Positions 20,106 to 30,780 are shown, counted from the stretch's first letter. The stretch: DNA of 64,000 bases from an uncultured Aliarcobacter sp. (GCA_963677435.1 OY781945.1:512001-576000); one strand, 5' to 3'. The notes: a model not told the origin generated them from the letters alone. Program-made: numbers and translations.

Positions 20106-20862
20106 TTTTATTTTTGGTGCTTGTATTGGTTCATTTTTAAATGTACTAATATTAAGATTACCGATAAATGAATCTTTAATAACAGCCCGAAGTCATTGCC
20201 CAAAGTGTAATCATTTGATTTATTGGCATCATAATATTCCACTTGTTTCATATTTATTTTTGAGAGGAAAATGTTCTTATTGTAAGGCTAAAATATCTTT
20301 TCAGTATTTTTTTGTTGAGTTAATAAGTGGAATTTTGACTTTAGCTTTATTTATGAAACTAGGAATTAGTGAAGAATTCCTTTTTATGAGTTTATTGTCT
20401 TATATTTTAATAACTCTATGTTTTATTGATTTGAAATATAAAGCAGTTCCTGATTATCTACTTTTAATAGTTTTTGTCCTGTCATTTTTTGCCACAAATT
20501 TTTCTATAATTGAAGCTTTTAAAAATGCTTTTTTATTTGCTGGTGCTTTAGTTTTATTAAATTTTTTAATTACTTTTTATATACAAAATATAAAATCAAA
20601 AATTTTAAAAGATGAAAGTTTAAAAACTCAAGAAGCCTTAGGGGAGGGAGATATTCCAATAATCGCAATGATAGGAATTATCCTTGGAATAAATAGTGGT
20701 TTAATTGCTATATTTTTAGCGGCTTTTTTTGCTATAATTCCTGCAATCTATTCACATTTTGTAAAAAAAGATATTCAAACTCCATTTATTCCCTATTTAG
20801 TTTTAGGATTTTTTAGTGAATATTTTTTTGACTTAGAAACAATTATAAAGGTCTTTTATTGA
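20092..20862 (+). CDS. Prepilin peptidase (A24)
   Basis: GSFLNVLILRLP, SHCPKC, HNIP, LRGKCSYC, LGEGD, PFIPYL. Probable TTG start at 20092. Confidence 0.88.
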   Translation: MELFSFIFGACIGSFLNVLILRLPINESLITARSHCPKCNHLIYWHHNIPLVSYLFLRGKCSYCKAKISFQYFFVELISGILTLALFMKLGISEEFLFMSLLSYILITLCFIDLKYKAVPDYLLLIVFVLSFFATNFSIIEAFKNAFLFAGALVLLNFLITFYIQNIKSKILKDESLKTQEALGEGDIPIIAMIGIILGINSGLIAIFLAAFFAIIPAIYSHFVKKDIQTPFIPYLVLGFFSEYFFDLETIIKVFY

Positions 20863-21875
20863 AATTAAAACAGTATCTATTTTCCCAATTAGCAATCACA
20901 TTTTTTCCTATATTTTTAGGATTGTTTTTTATAACTTCAGTTGTGTTTTTAGTAAAAATTGCATCATTAACTTCTGTTATCACTCTTGATTTTTTAGAGT
21001 TATTCACTCTTTTCTCTTATGTTATTCCACAAATTATATTTTATACTATGCCTATTTCATTTTTTTTATCATTGGTTATTACTTTGGCAAAATTAGCAGG
21101 AGAATATGAATTAACGGTAATTACTTCATTTGGTTTAAATCCTGTAAATATTTTAAAAATTTTTGCACCAATTACCCTTCTTTTGACAGCTATGTTACTT
21201 GTAATTTCTGTTGGTTTAATTCCAAAAACAAAGTTTTTAACAAAACAATTTTTAGATAAAAAGAAAAAAGAGGCAAACTTTAATATAAAAGCTAGTGAAT
21301 TTGGACAAAAATTCGGTGATTGGTTAATTTATATAAATGCAAAAGATGATAAAGTTTATGATGATGTTAAGCTTTTTAAAACAGATGATAAAAATGATCA
21401 ATTTATTGTTAGCAAAACAGCTATTTTGGATAATGATAAAGGTTCTTTGAGTTTTAAATTAAATGATGGAAAAGCTTTTATTGTAGATTCTAAGGAGTTT
21501 AATCAAATAGATTTTAAATCTATGTATATAAATGATTCTATTGCAGATAGTAAATTAGGAATTTTTACTGATACCTATGCTTATTGGAAAGATAATCTTA
21601 TCCGACATGAAAATGTTGATGATTTAACATTTTTTATATTAACTTCTTTCTTCCCTTTATTATCACTGTTTTTAGTGATTACTTTTGGGTATTTCAATCC
21701 TCGATATGAAAAAAATAGAGCAGTATTCTATTCTTTAATTTCTGTAGTTTTATATTATGTTTTAATCAAAACAGTTGGAGATAAGGTTTTGTTACATGCA
21801 ATATATATTATTCCTGTTGTTTGGGTTAGTGGAACATATATTTTATATTCACAAACTATAAAAAAAGAGTATTAA
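20859..21875 (+). CDS. LptF/LptG family permease
   Basis: Six TM segments with a periplasmic domain, KLAGEYELTVITSFG motif. Confidence 0.82.
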   Translation: MKLKQYLFSQLAITFFPIFLGLFFITSVVFLVKIASLTSVITLDFLELFTLFSYVIPQIIFYTMPISFFLSLVITLAKLAGEYELTVITSFGLNPVNILKIFAPITLLLTAMLLVISVGLIPKTKFLTKQFLDKKKKEANFNIKASEFGQKFGDWLIYINAKDDKVYDDVKLFKTDDKNDQFIVSKTAILDNDKGSLSFKLNDGKAFIVDSKEFNQIDFKSMYINDSIADSKLGIFTDTYAYWKDNLIRHENVDDLTFFILTSFFPLLSLFLVITFGYFNPRYEKNRAVFYSLISVVLYYVLIKTVGDKVLLHAIYIIPVVWVSGTYILYSQTIKKEY

Positions 21876-21883
21876 AATTTAAA

Positions 21884-22606
21884 ATGAATTTAAAATTTGT
21901 AATCTCTTATGATGGTAGTTGTTATCAAGGAAGTCAAAAACAGCCAAATGGTTTGACTATTGAGGATAAACTTCTCTTTGCATTTAAAAAAATAAACATA
22001 AAAACAAGTATTGTTTTAAGTGGAAGAACTGATAAAGAAGTTCATGCAACAGGGCAAGTTTTTAATTGTATTGTCCCTGATTTTTGGAGTGATTTTTTTA
22101 AATTAAAAGAAGTTCTAAATAGAAATCTACCAACTTCTATTAAAATACTAAAAGTCTCAAAAGTTAAAGATGATTTTCACTCAAGATTTCATGCAAAAAA
22201 AAGAGATTATAGGTATATAATTACTTCTAAACCTACGACTCCTTTTAATGATAAATTTATTACTTATGTTCCTTCTGTAGATGAAAAGTTATTAAAAATT
22301 GCAATAAAAGAGTTTATTGGTGTTTATGATTTTAAATATTTTCATAAAACAGGAAGTGATAAAGATATAACTGTAAGAGAGATTTATAATACAAATTTTT
22401 ATAAATATAAAGATATTTATGTTTTTAAATTTACCGCAAATTCATATTTAAGATCTCAGATTAGATTAATGGTTGGTTTTTTATTGGCAATTAATGATAA
22501 AAAATTAACCATAGAAGATTTAAAAAAACAGTTAAGATTAGAAAAAAATATTTTTAAAACACCAGTAAAGGCAAATGGCTTATATTTAGCAAAAATAAAA
22601 TATTAA
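21884..22606 (+). CDS. truA: tRNA pseudouridine(38-40) synthase
   Basis: SYDGSCYQGSQKQ, SGRTDKEVHA, FHSRF, ANGLYL. Confidence 0.95.
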   Translation: MNLKFVISYDGSCYQGSQKQPNGLTIEDKLLFAFKKINIKTSIVLSGRTDKEVHATGQVFNCIVPDFWSDFFKLKEVLNRNLPTSIKILKVSKVKDDFHSRFHAKKRDYRYIITSKPTTPFNDKFITYVPSVDEKLLKIAIKEFIGVYDFKYFHKTGSDKDITVREIYNTNFYKYKDIYVFKFTANSYLRSQIRLMVGFLLAINDKKLTIEDLKKQLRLEKNIFKTPVKANGLYLAKIKY

Positions 22607-22615
22607 AGGTTTAAA

Positions 22616-25141
22616 ATGTTTTTCAAAAAGAAGAAATTCTACACACTTTTAGATATCAAAAATCGAATAGTATTTACTCCTTTAATATTTATCTTTTTAT
22701 TATCAATTATCTCTTTTTTAATTATCTTTTTCTTTTTAGAATATGAAAAACGAAATAAAATGGATATCTTAGTACAAAATGAGAATTACTATAAAAACAA
22801 CATTTTAAAAACTTACATCTCTAGCATAAAATATAATACAAGTACAAGTTTTGATGATATTGAAAATGATTTAGGCAATTATATTTATGAAATAATTGGT
22901 TATATAAAAGCTAAAGAGATACATAAAAAGGAGTTCAGTATTGAGCTTTTAAAACCATTCCTACATGAAATAGAATCAAAACAAAATATAAATTTTTTGA
23001 TATTTGATAATATTAATTATAAGGTTTTATATGGTGGGGAAATACTTGATAAATTAATTGAACTTACTAATTCAGAGAGTAAAACAGATAAATTTAAAAA
23101 TCATATGTTAAGAAATATTGAATATATAGGTGATAATAATCTTATGTACAATATTGATAATCAAAAAAGTAATATTCAACTAAGTTATATAAAAAGTATT
23201 GATTTTTTAAATTTATTTATTGGTGCATATTCAAAAATTGATGATATGAAAGTTTTAACAAAAAAAGCAATTTTTGACTCAATTGTTGCAAAAAGTAAAG
23301 CTCTGGGTAATTCATATTTCTATTTTTATGATGTAAATGAGGGAAAAGTTTTTAATTATAATATGGATGGAAAATTAGATAATCTTAAAGATATAGTTAA
23401 TTTTGCAGAAGAGAGTTCAAAAGATTTAGTCTATACTTTCTCAAAATATCAGTTTAAAATTTATATAAAAACTAAACTATCAACTAAAGAGATAAAAAAA
23501 ATTAATGATGAATATCAAACTAAATTAGTTGCATTTTACCTATTAGTTGTATTTATAGCTTTGTTATTAATTACATCTGCAAATTTCTTTGCAAGATTTA
23601 TAAATACTATTTTTAATAGATATGATAAAAGATTACAAAAAAGAAATTTTTTATTTAAAAAATGGAAAGAGAGATATGAGTTAGCAATTATTGCTTCAAA
23701 TGATGGTTTGTGGGATATGGATTTAAAAACTAAGAAGATTTTTTTCTCAAATAAATGGCTTGGTATGTTTGGTTATGAAAGAAATGATATCCAAAATTTT
23801 GATGAGTGGTTAGCTTTAGTTCATAAAGATGATAAAGAAAAAGTTATGCAAGAGTATGAAAATCATATTAATAAAAAAAGTGAGCACTTTATTTGTGAAT
23901 ATAGATTAAAAGATAAGAATAATAACTATAAATGGATATTAGTTCGAGGAAAAGAGTTTAACTCAAATAGGATGCTAATGATGTCAATGAATATTGATGA
24001 GAGAGTTAAATTAACAAAAGAATTAAAAGATGTCCAAGTTTTAACGGAATTTGGTAGAACAGTTATTTTTAGATGGCAAAATGATGAAAACTTAAGTGTT
24101 AATTTTGTATCTAAAAGTATAAGTACTTATGGATATGAAGTAAGTGATTTTGAAAATAAAAGCAATTTCTTTGATTTTGTATTTAAAGATGATATTAAAC
24201 AATTAAAAGATGTAATAAAAGAGGCGATTGATGCTGGTTCAAACTCTTTTATTTGTGTTTATAGAGTTATCGATAAAAATAAAGATATAAAATGGGTTTA
24301 TAATAGAGCAATCTTAATAAGGGATGATTATTCAAATGTAATTGGTTTTTATGGGTATTTAAATGATATAACAAAACTTAAAATGAATGAAGAAGAGTTA
24401 AAATTAAAAATTGAAGAAGAAGTTGAGAAAAATTTAGAAAAAGATAGATTGTTAGTTCAACAGAATAAAATGGCTTCAATGGGAGAAATGTTAGGAAACA
24501 TAGCTCATCAATGGAGACAACCTTTAAATAATATAAATTTACTGATTTATTATATTAGAGATTCTTATGGATTGATTTCACAAGAAGAGTTAAATGATAC
24601 AATTAAAAATGCAAAACTACAAATAGATTTTATGTCGCAAACTATTGATGATTTTAGAAATTTCTATAAACCATCAAAAGAAAAAAAGTTCTTTAATGTA
24701 AAAGATTCAATTATTCAAAGTTCAAAAATAATTAAATCTTCATTAGAAAGAAACTCTATAAAACTTAAAATACAAGCAGAAGATTTAAAAATTAATAGTT
24801 ATGAAAATGAGTTTGAGCAAGTAATTGTAAATATATTAAATAATGCAATTGATGCGAAACTATTAAAAGATAAAGTTAGTAAATTTAACGCTGTAATTGA
24901 AATAAAAATCTATAAAAAAGATGAAACTATTTATATTTCTATATTTAATAACTGTGGAAATATAGATGAACAAATAATTGAAAGAATATTTGAGCCATAT
25001 TTTACAACAAAGTTTGAAAATCAAGGCACAGGAATTGGATTATATATGACAAAAGTAATTATAGAAAAAAACATGAATGGAAGAATCGAAGCAATTAATA
25101 AAAATGATGGCGTGGAGTTTTTAATAAAATTGGATGCTTAG
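22616..25141 (+). CDS. Membrane PAS-domain sensor histidine kinase
   Basis: Two TM segments, two PAS/PAC domains (ASNDGLWD...YKWILVRG), AHQWRQPL, FEPYFTTK..GTGIGLY. Confidence 0.9.
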   Translation: MFFKKKKFYTLLDIKNRIVFTPLIFIFLLSIISFLIIFFFLEYEKRNKMDILVQNENYYKNNILKTYISSIKYNTSTSFDDIENDLGNYIYEIIGYIKAKEIHKKEFSIELLKPFLHEIESKQNINFLIFDNINYKVLYGGEILDKLIELTNSESKTDKFKNHMLRNIEYIGDNNLMYNIDNQKSNIQLSYIKSIDFLNLFIGAYSKIDDMKVLTKKAIFDSIVAKSKALGNSYFYFYDVNEGKVFNYNMDGKLDNLKDIVNFAEESSKDLVYTFSKYQFKIYIKTKLSTKEIKKINDEYQTKLVAFYLLVVFIALLLITSANFFARFINTIFNRYDKRLQKRNFLFKKWKERYELAIIASNDGLWDMDLKTKKIFFSNKWLGMFGYERNDIQNFDEWLALVHKDDKEKVMQEYENHINKKSEHFICEYRLKDKNNNYKWILVRGKEFNSNRMLMMSMNIDERVKLTKELKDVQVLTEFGRTVIFRWQNDENLSVNFVSKSISTYGYEVSDFENKSNFFDFVFKDDIKQLKDVIKEAIDAGSNSFICVYRVIDKNKDIKWVYNRAILIRDDYSNVIGFYGYLNDITKLKMNEEELKLKIEEEVEKNLEKDRLLVQQNKMASMGEMLGNIAHQWRQPLNNINLLIYYIRDSYGLISQEELNDTIKNAKLQIDFMSQTIDDFRNFYKPSKEKKFFNVKDSIIQSSKIIKSSLERNSIKLKIQAEDLKINSYENEFEQVIVNILNNAIDAKLLKDKVSKFNAVIEIKIYKKDETIYISIFNNCGNIDEQIIERIFEPYFTTKFENQGTGIGLYMTKVIIEKNMNGRIEAINKNDGVEFLIKLDA

Positions 25142-25171
25142 ATTAATTTTAGATATAATCTAATAATCTAC

Positions 25172-25906
25172 ATGAAAAGAGAAAATATGCAGAATTTTAA
25201 AACAAGAGTTTTGTTAGTTGAAGATGAAGAACTTGCAAGAAAAACTTTAGCTTTTTATTTAAATACTATTTTTGATGAAGTAACAGTAGCTTGTGATGGG
25301 GAAGAAGCTCTTTTAATTATAAAAGAAAATTATCAGAAGAATAAAAACTTTGATTTAGTATTAACTGACCTTAATATGCCAAATGTAAATGGTATGCAAA
25401 TGATTGATGAAGTTTTGAAATTTGTTCCAAATCAAAGGTTTATAATCGTAAGTGCCCACAAGAATGAAGAGGATTTATTAAAACTTATTAATCTAAGAAT
25501 TTGTGGATATTTTGTTAAACCACTGAATATTGATAATATGATGGAGATGTTAAAAAAAGCAAAAGAAGAAGTTATCTTAGATAAACAAACAAAAATCGAA
25601 ACAAAAAATCTAATTACTTTAAATAATAGTTATACTTTTGACTTAGTAAATAATAAGCTGTATCATAATAATTTAATTGTAAAACTTTCAAAAAAAGAAG
25701 CAGAAATTTTAGATGTTCTTATTAAAAACATTGGAGTTCTAATTTCACTTGAAAGATTTAAAGAAGAAGTTTGGAATAACATTAATATAAATGATTCATC
25801 ATTTAGAACGGTAATGAAAAGATTAAAAGATAAGATTAAAGATGATGATTTTATTATATCTCATAAAGGCTATGGCTATATAATTGAGAAAGTTTTAATT
25901 AAATAA
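25172..25906 (+). CDS. OmpR-family response regulator
   Basis: LLVEDE, LTDLNMP, FVKP, winged-helix end KGYGY. Confidence 0.9.
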   Translation: MKRENMQNFKTRVLLVEDEELARKTLAFYLNTIFDEVTVACDGEEALLIIKENYQKNKNFDLVLTDLNMPNVNGMQMIDEVLKFVPNQRFIIVSAHKNEEDLLKLINLRICGYFVKPLNIDNMMEMLKKAKEEVILDKQTKIETKNLITLNNSYTFDLVNNKLYHNNLIVKLSKKEAEILDVLIKNIGVLISLERFKEEVWNNININDSSFRTVMKRLKDKIKDDDFIISHKGYGYIIEKVLIK

Positions 25907-25932
25907 ATATAAGAGGTCTCCCTCTTATATTT
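25905..25932. terminator. Bidirectional intrinsic terminator
   Basis: AAATATAAGAGG-TCTC-CCTCTTATATTT between convergent genes. Confidence 0.8.
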
Positions 25933-25933
25933 T

Positions 25934-28042
25934 TTATGAAACTACTGCTTGAGTTTTTACTCTTGCTTTTTGAATAATATAAATTGCTACAATAACAGAA
26001 ATACCAATTACATATGAAATATAGTGACTTGGTAAATGTAAATATGCTTGCATTACTTTTGGTAAGAACATAAAAGGAACAACAGCTAGAAAAATCAATC
26101 TTTCTATTACAGGTGTTTTTGTAATAAAATATCCTTGTGTAAAACAAGAAAACGCCATCATCCCAATAAATGCAGTAGCAAATATTACAGCAATCTCAAC
26201 AGGATTTGTAATCCAAACCCAACCAGCAGGATTTGCAGGATTTAATGGATCTACTCCTGAAATTAATAATAACTCCGAGTTAAAGAAGAACATAAATGGT
26301 AAAATTGCTGTTCTGATATCATATTTAAATCCTTGAATTCCAACTTTTATTGGATCTGCTTTTGCAATTCCGGCAGCTGCATAGGCTGCTAGTCCAACAG
26401 GCGGAGTAACATCAGCTAAAATACCAAAGTAGAATACAAATAAGTGTGCTGCAATTGCAGGAATTAAGAATCCATTATCAGCTGCTAGTGTTAAAATAAC
26501 AGGTGCTGTTAATGAAGCCATTACAATATAATTTGCAGTTGTTGGTAACCCCATTCCTAAAATTAATGAAATAATAGCTGCAAGAATTAATATTGCAAAA
26601 ATATTTCCATTTGATAAAGTTTCTACAACTTCTAATAAAACTTGACCAAGACCTGTTAATGTAATAGAACCTACAATAATTCCAGCAATTGCTGTAGCAA
26701 CTGAAATTGGAACCATATTTTTAGCACCACTAATCATACCTGCTAAAATATCAACAAATCCACTTAGTAAAATATCTTTTGTAATTTTCTCTTTTGCTAA
26801 AAAAGCTCTAAAAGGATGTTGAACAACCATTAATAACATTAAAAGCATAATTGCATTAAATGCAGCACTTGCAGCACTTTCTCTTAATACCATAAGTGTA
26901 TATAATAAGAAGAAAATAGGGATTAAATAGTGGGCACCTTGCATAAATGTTTTTAATTTAGGAGGAATATCTTCTTTATTCATTCCTACAAGACCTAATT
27001 TAAGTGACTCTAAATGAACAATATAAAATAGACCAAAATATGAAACGAATGCCGGAATAAATGCACTAACAACAACATCTGTGTATGACATTCCTAAAAA
27101 TTCTGCAATAATAAATGCAGCAGCTCCCATAACAGGAGGCATTAGCTGTCCATTTGACGAAGCCGAAACTTCAACTGCAGCTGCTTGTTCTGGTCTAAAT
27201 CCAGTTCTTTTCATAAGTGGAATTGTAAATGTTCCAGTTGTAACTGTATTTGCAATAGATGAACCACTGATGATACCTGCAAATCCTGATGCAATTACAG
27301 ATGCTTTTGCAGAACCACCTCTATATTTTCCAAGTAGTGAAAATGCTAAATTAATGAAATATTCACCAGCTCCTGCTTTATCTAATAAAGAACCAAAAAG
27401 TACGAATAAAAATACAAATCCAGCTGAAACCCCAAGAGGAACACCAAAAATTCCTTCTGTTGTTAAAAACATATGACCTGCAAGTTTATTTAAACTAGCA
27501 CCCTTATGAATAATCAATTCAGGCATATAAGGACCTAAAAAGTCATATGCTAAAAATATAATAGCAATAAAACTTAATACAAAACCTAAAACTCTTCTTC
27601 CTGCTTCAAGTAAAATTATAACTCCTATAACTGCAATTACAATATCCGTAGTTGTATAGTCTCCTGGTCTAAATGAGATTTCTGTGTAGAATACTGCAAG
27701 ATAAGAAGCAGTTGCTAATCCAATTGCCGCAAATGTATATCCAAACCATCTAATTTTTTTTAAGAAATAAGGTTTTCTCATCATTGGATAAATTAAAAAT
27801 GCTAGAACAATACCAAATGATAAGTGAATAGATCTAGAAATTGTTGAATTTGTAGGCTCAATTACAATATATAATTGAAATAATGACCAAAAAAGTGCAA
27901 TTATTGATATTAACCAAAATTCATAGTGTTGAGAACCAAAAACTCTTTGTCCTTCAAGCTCATTAATAACAGCTTCAGTTTCGTGCATTTGTTCAACTTC
28001 GAGTTGGGAAATTTTATGAGGTTTCTCTTCATAAATTGCCAT
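25934..28042 (-). CDS. TRAP transporter fused 4TM/12TM permease (TAXI type)
   Basis: EGIFGVPL, SGSSIANTVTTGTFTIPLMK, GQLMPPVMGAAAF, GMGLPTTANY, ADVTPPV. Start moved to MAIYEEK at 28042 (AAAGGA RBS). Confidence 0.92.
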   Translation of the reverse strand: MAIYEEKPHKISQLEVEQMHETEAVINELEGQRVFGSQHYEFWLISIIALFWSLFQLYIVIEPTNSTISRSIHLSFGIVLAFLIYPMMRKPYFLKKIRWFGYTFAAIGLATASYLAVFYTEISFRPGDYTTTDIVIAVIGVIILLEAGRRVLGFVLSFIAIIFLAYDFLGPYMPELIIHKGASLNKLAGHMFLTTEGIFGVPLGVSAGFVFLFVLFGSLLDKAGAGEYFINLAFSLLGKYRGGSAKASVIASGFAGIISGSSIANTVTTGTFTIPLMKRTGFRPEQAAAVEVSASSNGQLMPPVMGAAAFIIAEFLGMSYTDVVVSAFIPAFVSYFGLFYIVHLESLKLGLVGMNKEDIPPKLKTFMQGAHYLIPIFFLLYTLMVLRESAASAAFNAIMLLMLLMVVQHPFRAFLAKEKITKDILLSGFVDILAGMISGAKNMVPISVATAIAGIIVGSITLTGLGQVLLEVVETLSNGNIFAILILAAIISLILGMGLPTTANYIVMASLTAPVILTLAADNGFLIPAIAAHLFVFYFGILADVTPPVGLAAYAAAGIAKADPIKVGIQGFKYDIRTAILPFMFFFNSELLLISGVDPLNPANPAGWVWITNPVEIAVIFATAFIGMMAFSCFTQGYFITKTPVIERLIFLAVVPFMFLPKVMQAYLHLPSHYISYVIGISVIVAIYIIQKARVKTQAVVS

Positions 28043-28076
28043 AGTAAATCCTTTAATAATAGGTGAAATTTTGTTC

Positions 28077-28150
28077 TCATACTTCATTTAAACAGATTTT
28101 AAATGAAGTATGAAAATAGGAGGTATCTAAGGATTGAAAATCCTTAGATA
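28077..28150. repeat. Two tandem inverted repeats between the TAXI binding protein and the permease
   Basis: TCATACTTCATTTAAA/TTTAAATGAAGTATGA and TATCTAAGGATT/AATCCTTAGATA. Confidence 0.75.
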
Positions 28151-28156
28151 GAAGTA

Positions 28157-29128
28157 TTATAATAATCCTGCTTCTTGGAAATATTTTTTTGCACCTTCAT
28201 GTAAAGGAGCAGATAATCCATCAAGTAGAGATTTTTTTGTAATTTGACTGTATGCTGGATGTAATTTTTTAAATTCATCAAAGTTTTCTAAAATTGCTTT
28301 AACAACAGTGTAAACTGCATCTTCACTTACATCGTCACTTGTTACAAGAACAGCCTTTACTCCAAAAGTAGGAATATCAGCATCATTTCCTTTGTAAATC
28401 CCACCAGGAACATTTGCTTTTGCAAAATATGGATATTTTTTAATTAAAGTATCAACATTAGAACCTTCAATTGGTGTTATTTTTACATCAACTGAGTTTG
28501 CAGCATCTTGGATATTTGCAGTTGGATGTCCTACCATATAGAAGTATCCATCAATTTTATTATCTCTTAATGCATCTGGCATTTCAGAAGCTTTTAGTGC
28601 ACCTGCAAATTTTAAATCTTCTTTTTTAATTCCACTTTCGTCAAATAGAGTTAAAGCTGTTGCTTCATTTCCACTTCCAGGATTTCCAAGATTGATTCTT
28701 TTTCCTTTTATATCAATTAATTTATTGATATTTGCATCTTTTCTAGTAACTAAAGTTAATAGTTCTGGATAAATTGCCATTACAGATTTTAATTTAGGAA
28801 TAGCTGCATCTTTAAATGCTCCCTCTCCTTTGCTTGCTTGATATACAATATCAGATTGAACGATACCAAAATCTAACTCACCATTTTTGATAGTATTTAC
28901 ATTATAAACACTTCCTCCAGTTGATTCAACTGAACATCTGATTTTAGTCTCTTTTTTATATTGATTAACTAATCTACAAATTGCTCCACCAGTTGGATAA
29001 TAAGTTCCAGTAACCCCACCAGTTCCTATTGTAATAAATTCAGCAGCAAATGCTGGAACAGATAACATACCTATTAATGCAGCAGTTGCAATTTTTTTAC
29101 CCATAGGGATTTCATTAGATTTGATCAT
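28157..29128 (-). CDS. TAXI family TRAP solute-binding protein
   Basis: Signal peptide, IGTGGVTGTYYPTG, STGGSVYN, PLHEGAKKYF. Confidence 0.93.
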   Translation of the reverse strand: MIKSNEIPMGKKIATAALIGMLSVPAFAAEFITIGTGGVTGTYYPTGGAICRLVNQYKKETKIRCSVESTGGSVYNVNTIKNGELDFGIVQSDIVYQASKGEGAFKDAAIPKLKSVMAIYPELLTLVTRKDANINKLIDIKGKRINLGNPGSGNEATALTLFDESGIKKEDLKFAGALKASEMPDALRDNKIDGYFYMVGHPTANIQDAANSVDVKITPIEGSNVDTLIKKYPYFAKANVPGGIYKGNDADIPTFGVKAVLVTSDDVSEDAVYTVVKAILENFDEFKKLHPAYSQITKKSLLDGLSAPLHEGAKKYFQEAGLL

Positions 29129-29334
29129 TTTTTCTCCTTAGTTTTAGTTATGTAAAAATCTCTGATTTAAACTATCAAGTTATTATATCAATAAAATATA
29201 ATTTTTGCTAGGCTATAAAATGATTAATTACATAAAAATTATTCATTAATTACAGTTTTTAAATTTAACATAGAATAAATTTATATTACCTTAATTTAAA
29301 TATTTAGCATTTAATTAAAATTTAAAATAAAATA

Positions 29335-29365
29335 CTTGACAAATAAAGACTCAATAGGTTATAAT
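29335..29365 (+). promoter_or_regulatory. Sigma70 promoter (TTGACA 29336-41 / TATAAT 29360-65) with overlapping HAIR-like HspR operator
   Basis: CTTGACA-N7-ACTCAAT (29335-29355) versus HAIR consensus CTTGAGT-N7-ACTCAAG. Confidence 0.72.
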
Positions 29366-29368
29366 TCT

Positions 29369-29395
29369 TTAGCAGTTTAAGATACTGAGTGCTAA
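29369..29395 (+). promoter_or_regulatory. CIRCE operator (HrcA binding site)
   Basis: TTAGCAGTT-N9-GAGTGCTAA versus consensus TTAGCACTC-N9-GAGTGCTAA, just upstream of hrcA. Confidence 0.88.
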
Positions 29396-29417
29396 ATTAT
29401 GAAAGTGGTCGTAATCT

Positions 29418-30209
29418 ATGATAGATAAAAAAGAGTTTTTATTACAATCTATTATTAAAGCTTATATTGAGCATTTAGAACCAATTGGTTCAACTCAATT
29501 AAAATCTATGTACGATATAACTTATTCACCAGCGACTATTAGAGGTTACTTTAAAAAGTTAGGTGATGAGGGTTATCTTGCACAAGAACATATAAGTAGT
29601 GGAAGAACTCCAACAACTGAAGCTTTAAAACAGTATTGGCAGACAAAACTTAATTTTAAACTAAAAGGTGTAAATTTACGAGCATTAGAATATTTTGCTT
29701 CAACAATAGGGCTGTCTGTTTTTATAAAAAAAGAGAAATCTGATGTATTAAAAAATATTTTAAATGTTGAAAATAGATATATGATTTTAGAATTTTCTTC
29801 ATTTGCCATAAGTGTAAAATATTCAGATGCACTTTATAGATTTTTAAATGATATGATAGGTTTAGATTTAAAAGATATTACTAAAGTTTCGAAAGATGTG
29901 GGAGCTTATGAGGTTTATGAATCTATAAACCAAACTCTGCAAAATTCAGATTTTCAGATTTTTAATTATAAAGAGTTTCTAAATCTAGCTTTGAATTATG
30001 ATTTTGATGAATATACAATAAACAGTTTTTTAAAAGGTCAAATTTTAGATGAGTTAAAAGAGGGTTTATATTTTGATAAGCTATTGCCATCAAATTATAT
30101 TGGAATTTGTAATTACTGTAAAATCAATAATGAAGATGTAAAAATGTTGGTTATTGGTGAATTACCAAAAGATTATGAATATTTTTATGAAAAAATTACA
30201 ACTTTTTAG
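29418..30209 (+). CDS. hrcA: Heat-inducible transcription repressor
   Basis: EPIGSTQL, SPATIR, QEHISSGRTPT, position before grpE-dnaK. Confidence 0.92.
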   Translation: MIDKKEFLLQSIIKAYIEHLEPIGSTQLKSMYDITYSPATIRGYFKKLGDEGYLAQEHISSGRTPTTEALKQYWQTKLNFKLKGVNLRALEYFASTIGLSVFIKKEKSDVLKNILNVENRYMILEFSSFAISVKYSDALYRFLNDMIGLDLKDITKVSKDVGAYEVYESINQTLQNSDFQIFNYKEFLNLALNYDFDEYTINSFLKGQILDELKEGLYFDKLLPSNYIGICNYCKINNEDVKMLVIGELPKDYEYFYEKITTF

Positions 30210-30218
30210 GAGATAAAT

Positions 30219-30779
30219 GTGAGTGAAGAAACAAAAGAAGAATTAATACAAGATGAAACAACTGAACAAGAAGTTCAAGGTGAAGTTGTAGAAGAAACAA
30301 CTAAAGAAGAGAGTTTAGAAGAAAAAGTTGCAAGATTAGAGCAACAATTAAAAGATAGTGAAGATAGATATTTAAGAGTTCATGCTGATTTTGAAAATAT
30401 CAAAAAAAGATTAGAAAAAGAGAAATATCAAGCTATTGATTATGCAAGTGAAAAATTTGCAAAAGATTTATTAGCTCCAATTGATACTTTAGAGTTAGCT
30501 CTGTCATCAACAAATACACCATTAGATGCACATGAATTACTTAAAAAAGTAAAAGAAGGAATCTCTTTAACTATTAAGAATTTCAATACGACATTTGAAA
30601 AACATAACATCACAAAAATTGAAACAGATGGTGAGTTTGATCCAAATGTACACAATGCTGTAATGCAAGTTGATAGTGCAGACCATGAAGATGGTGCAAT
30701 TGTTCAAGAGCTTCAAAAGGGTTATTTATTAAAAGATAGATTGTTAAGACCAGCGATGGTTTCAATCTGTAAAAAGTAA
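30219..30779 (+). CDS. grpE: Nucleotide exchange factor
   Basis: YLRVHADFEN, FDPNVHNAV, QKGYLLKDRLLRPAMV. Confidence 0.96.
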   Translation: MSEETKEELIQDETTEQEVQGEVVEETTKEESLEEKVARLEQQLKDSEDRYLRVHADFENIKKRLEKEKYQAIDYASEKFAKDLLAPIDTLELALSSTNTPLDAHELLKKVKEGISLTIKNFNTTFEKHNITKIETDGEFDPNVHNAVMQVDSADHEDGAIVQELQKGYLLKDRLLRPAMVSICKK

Positions 30780-30780
30780 A

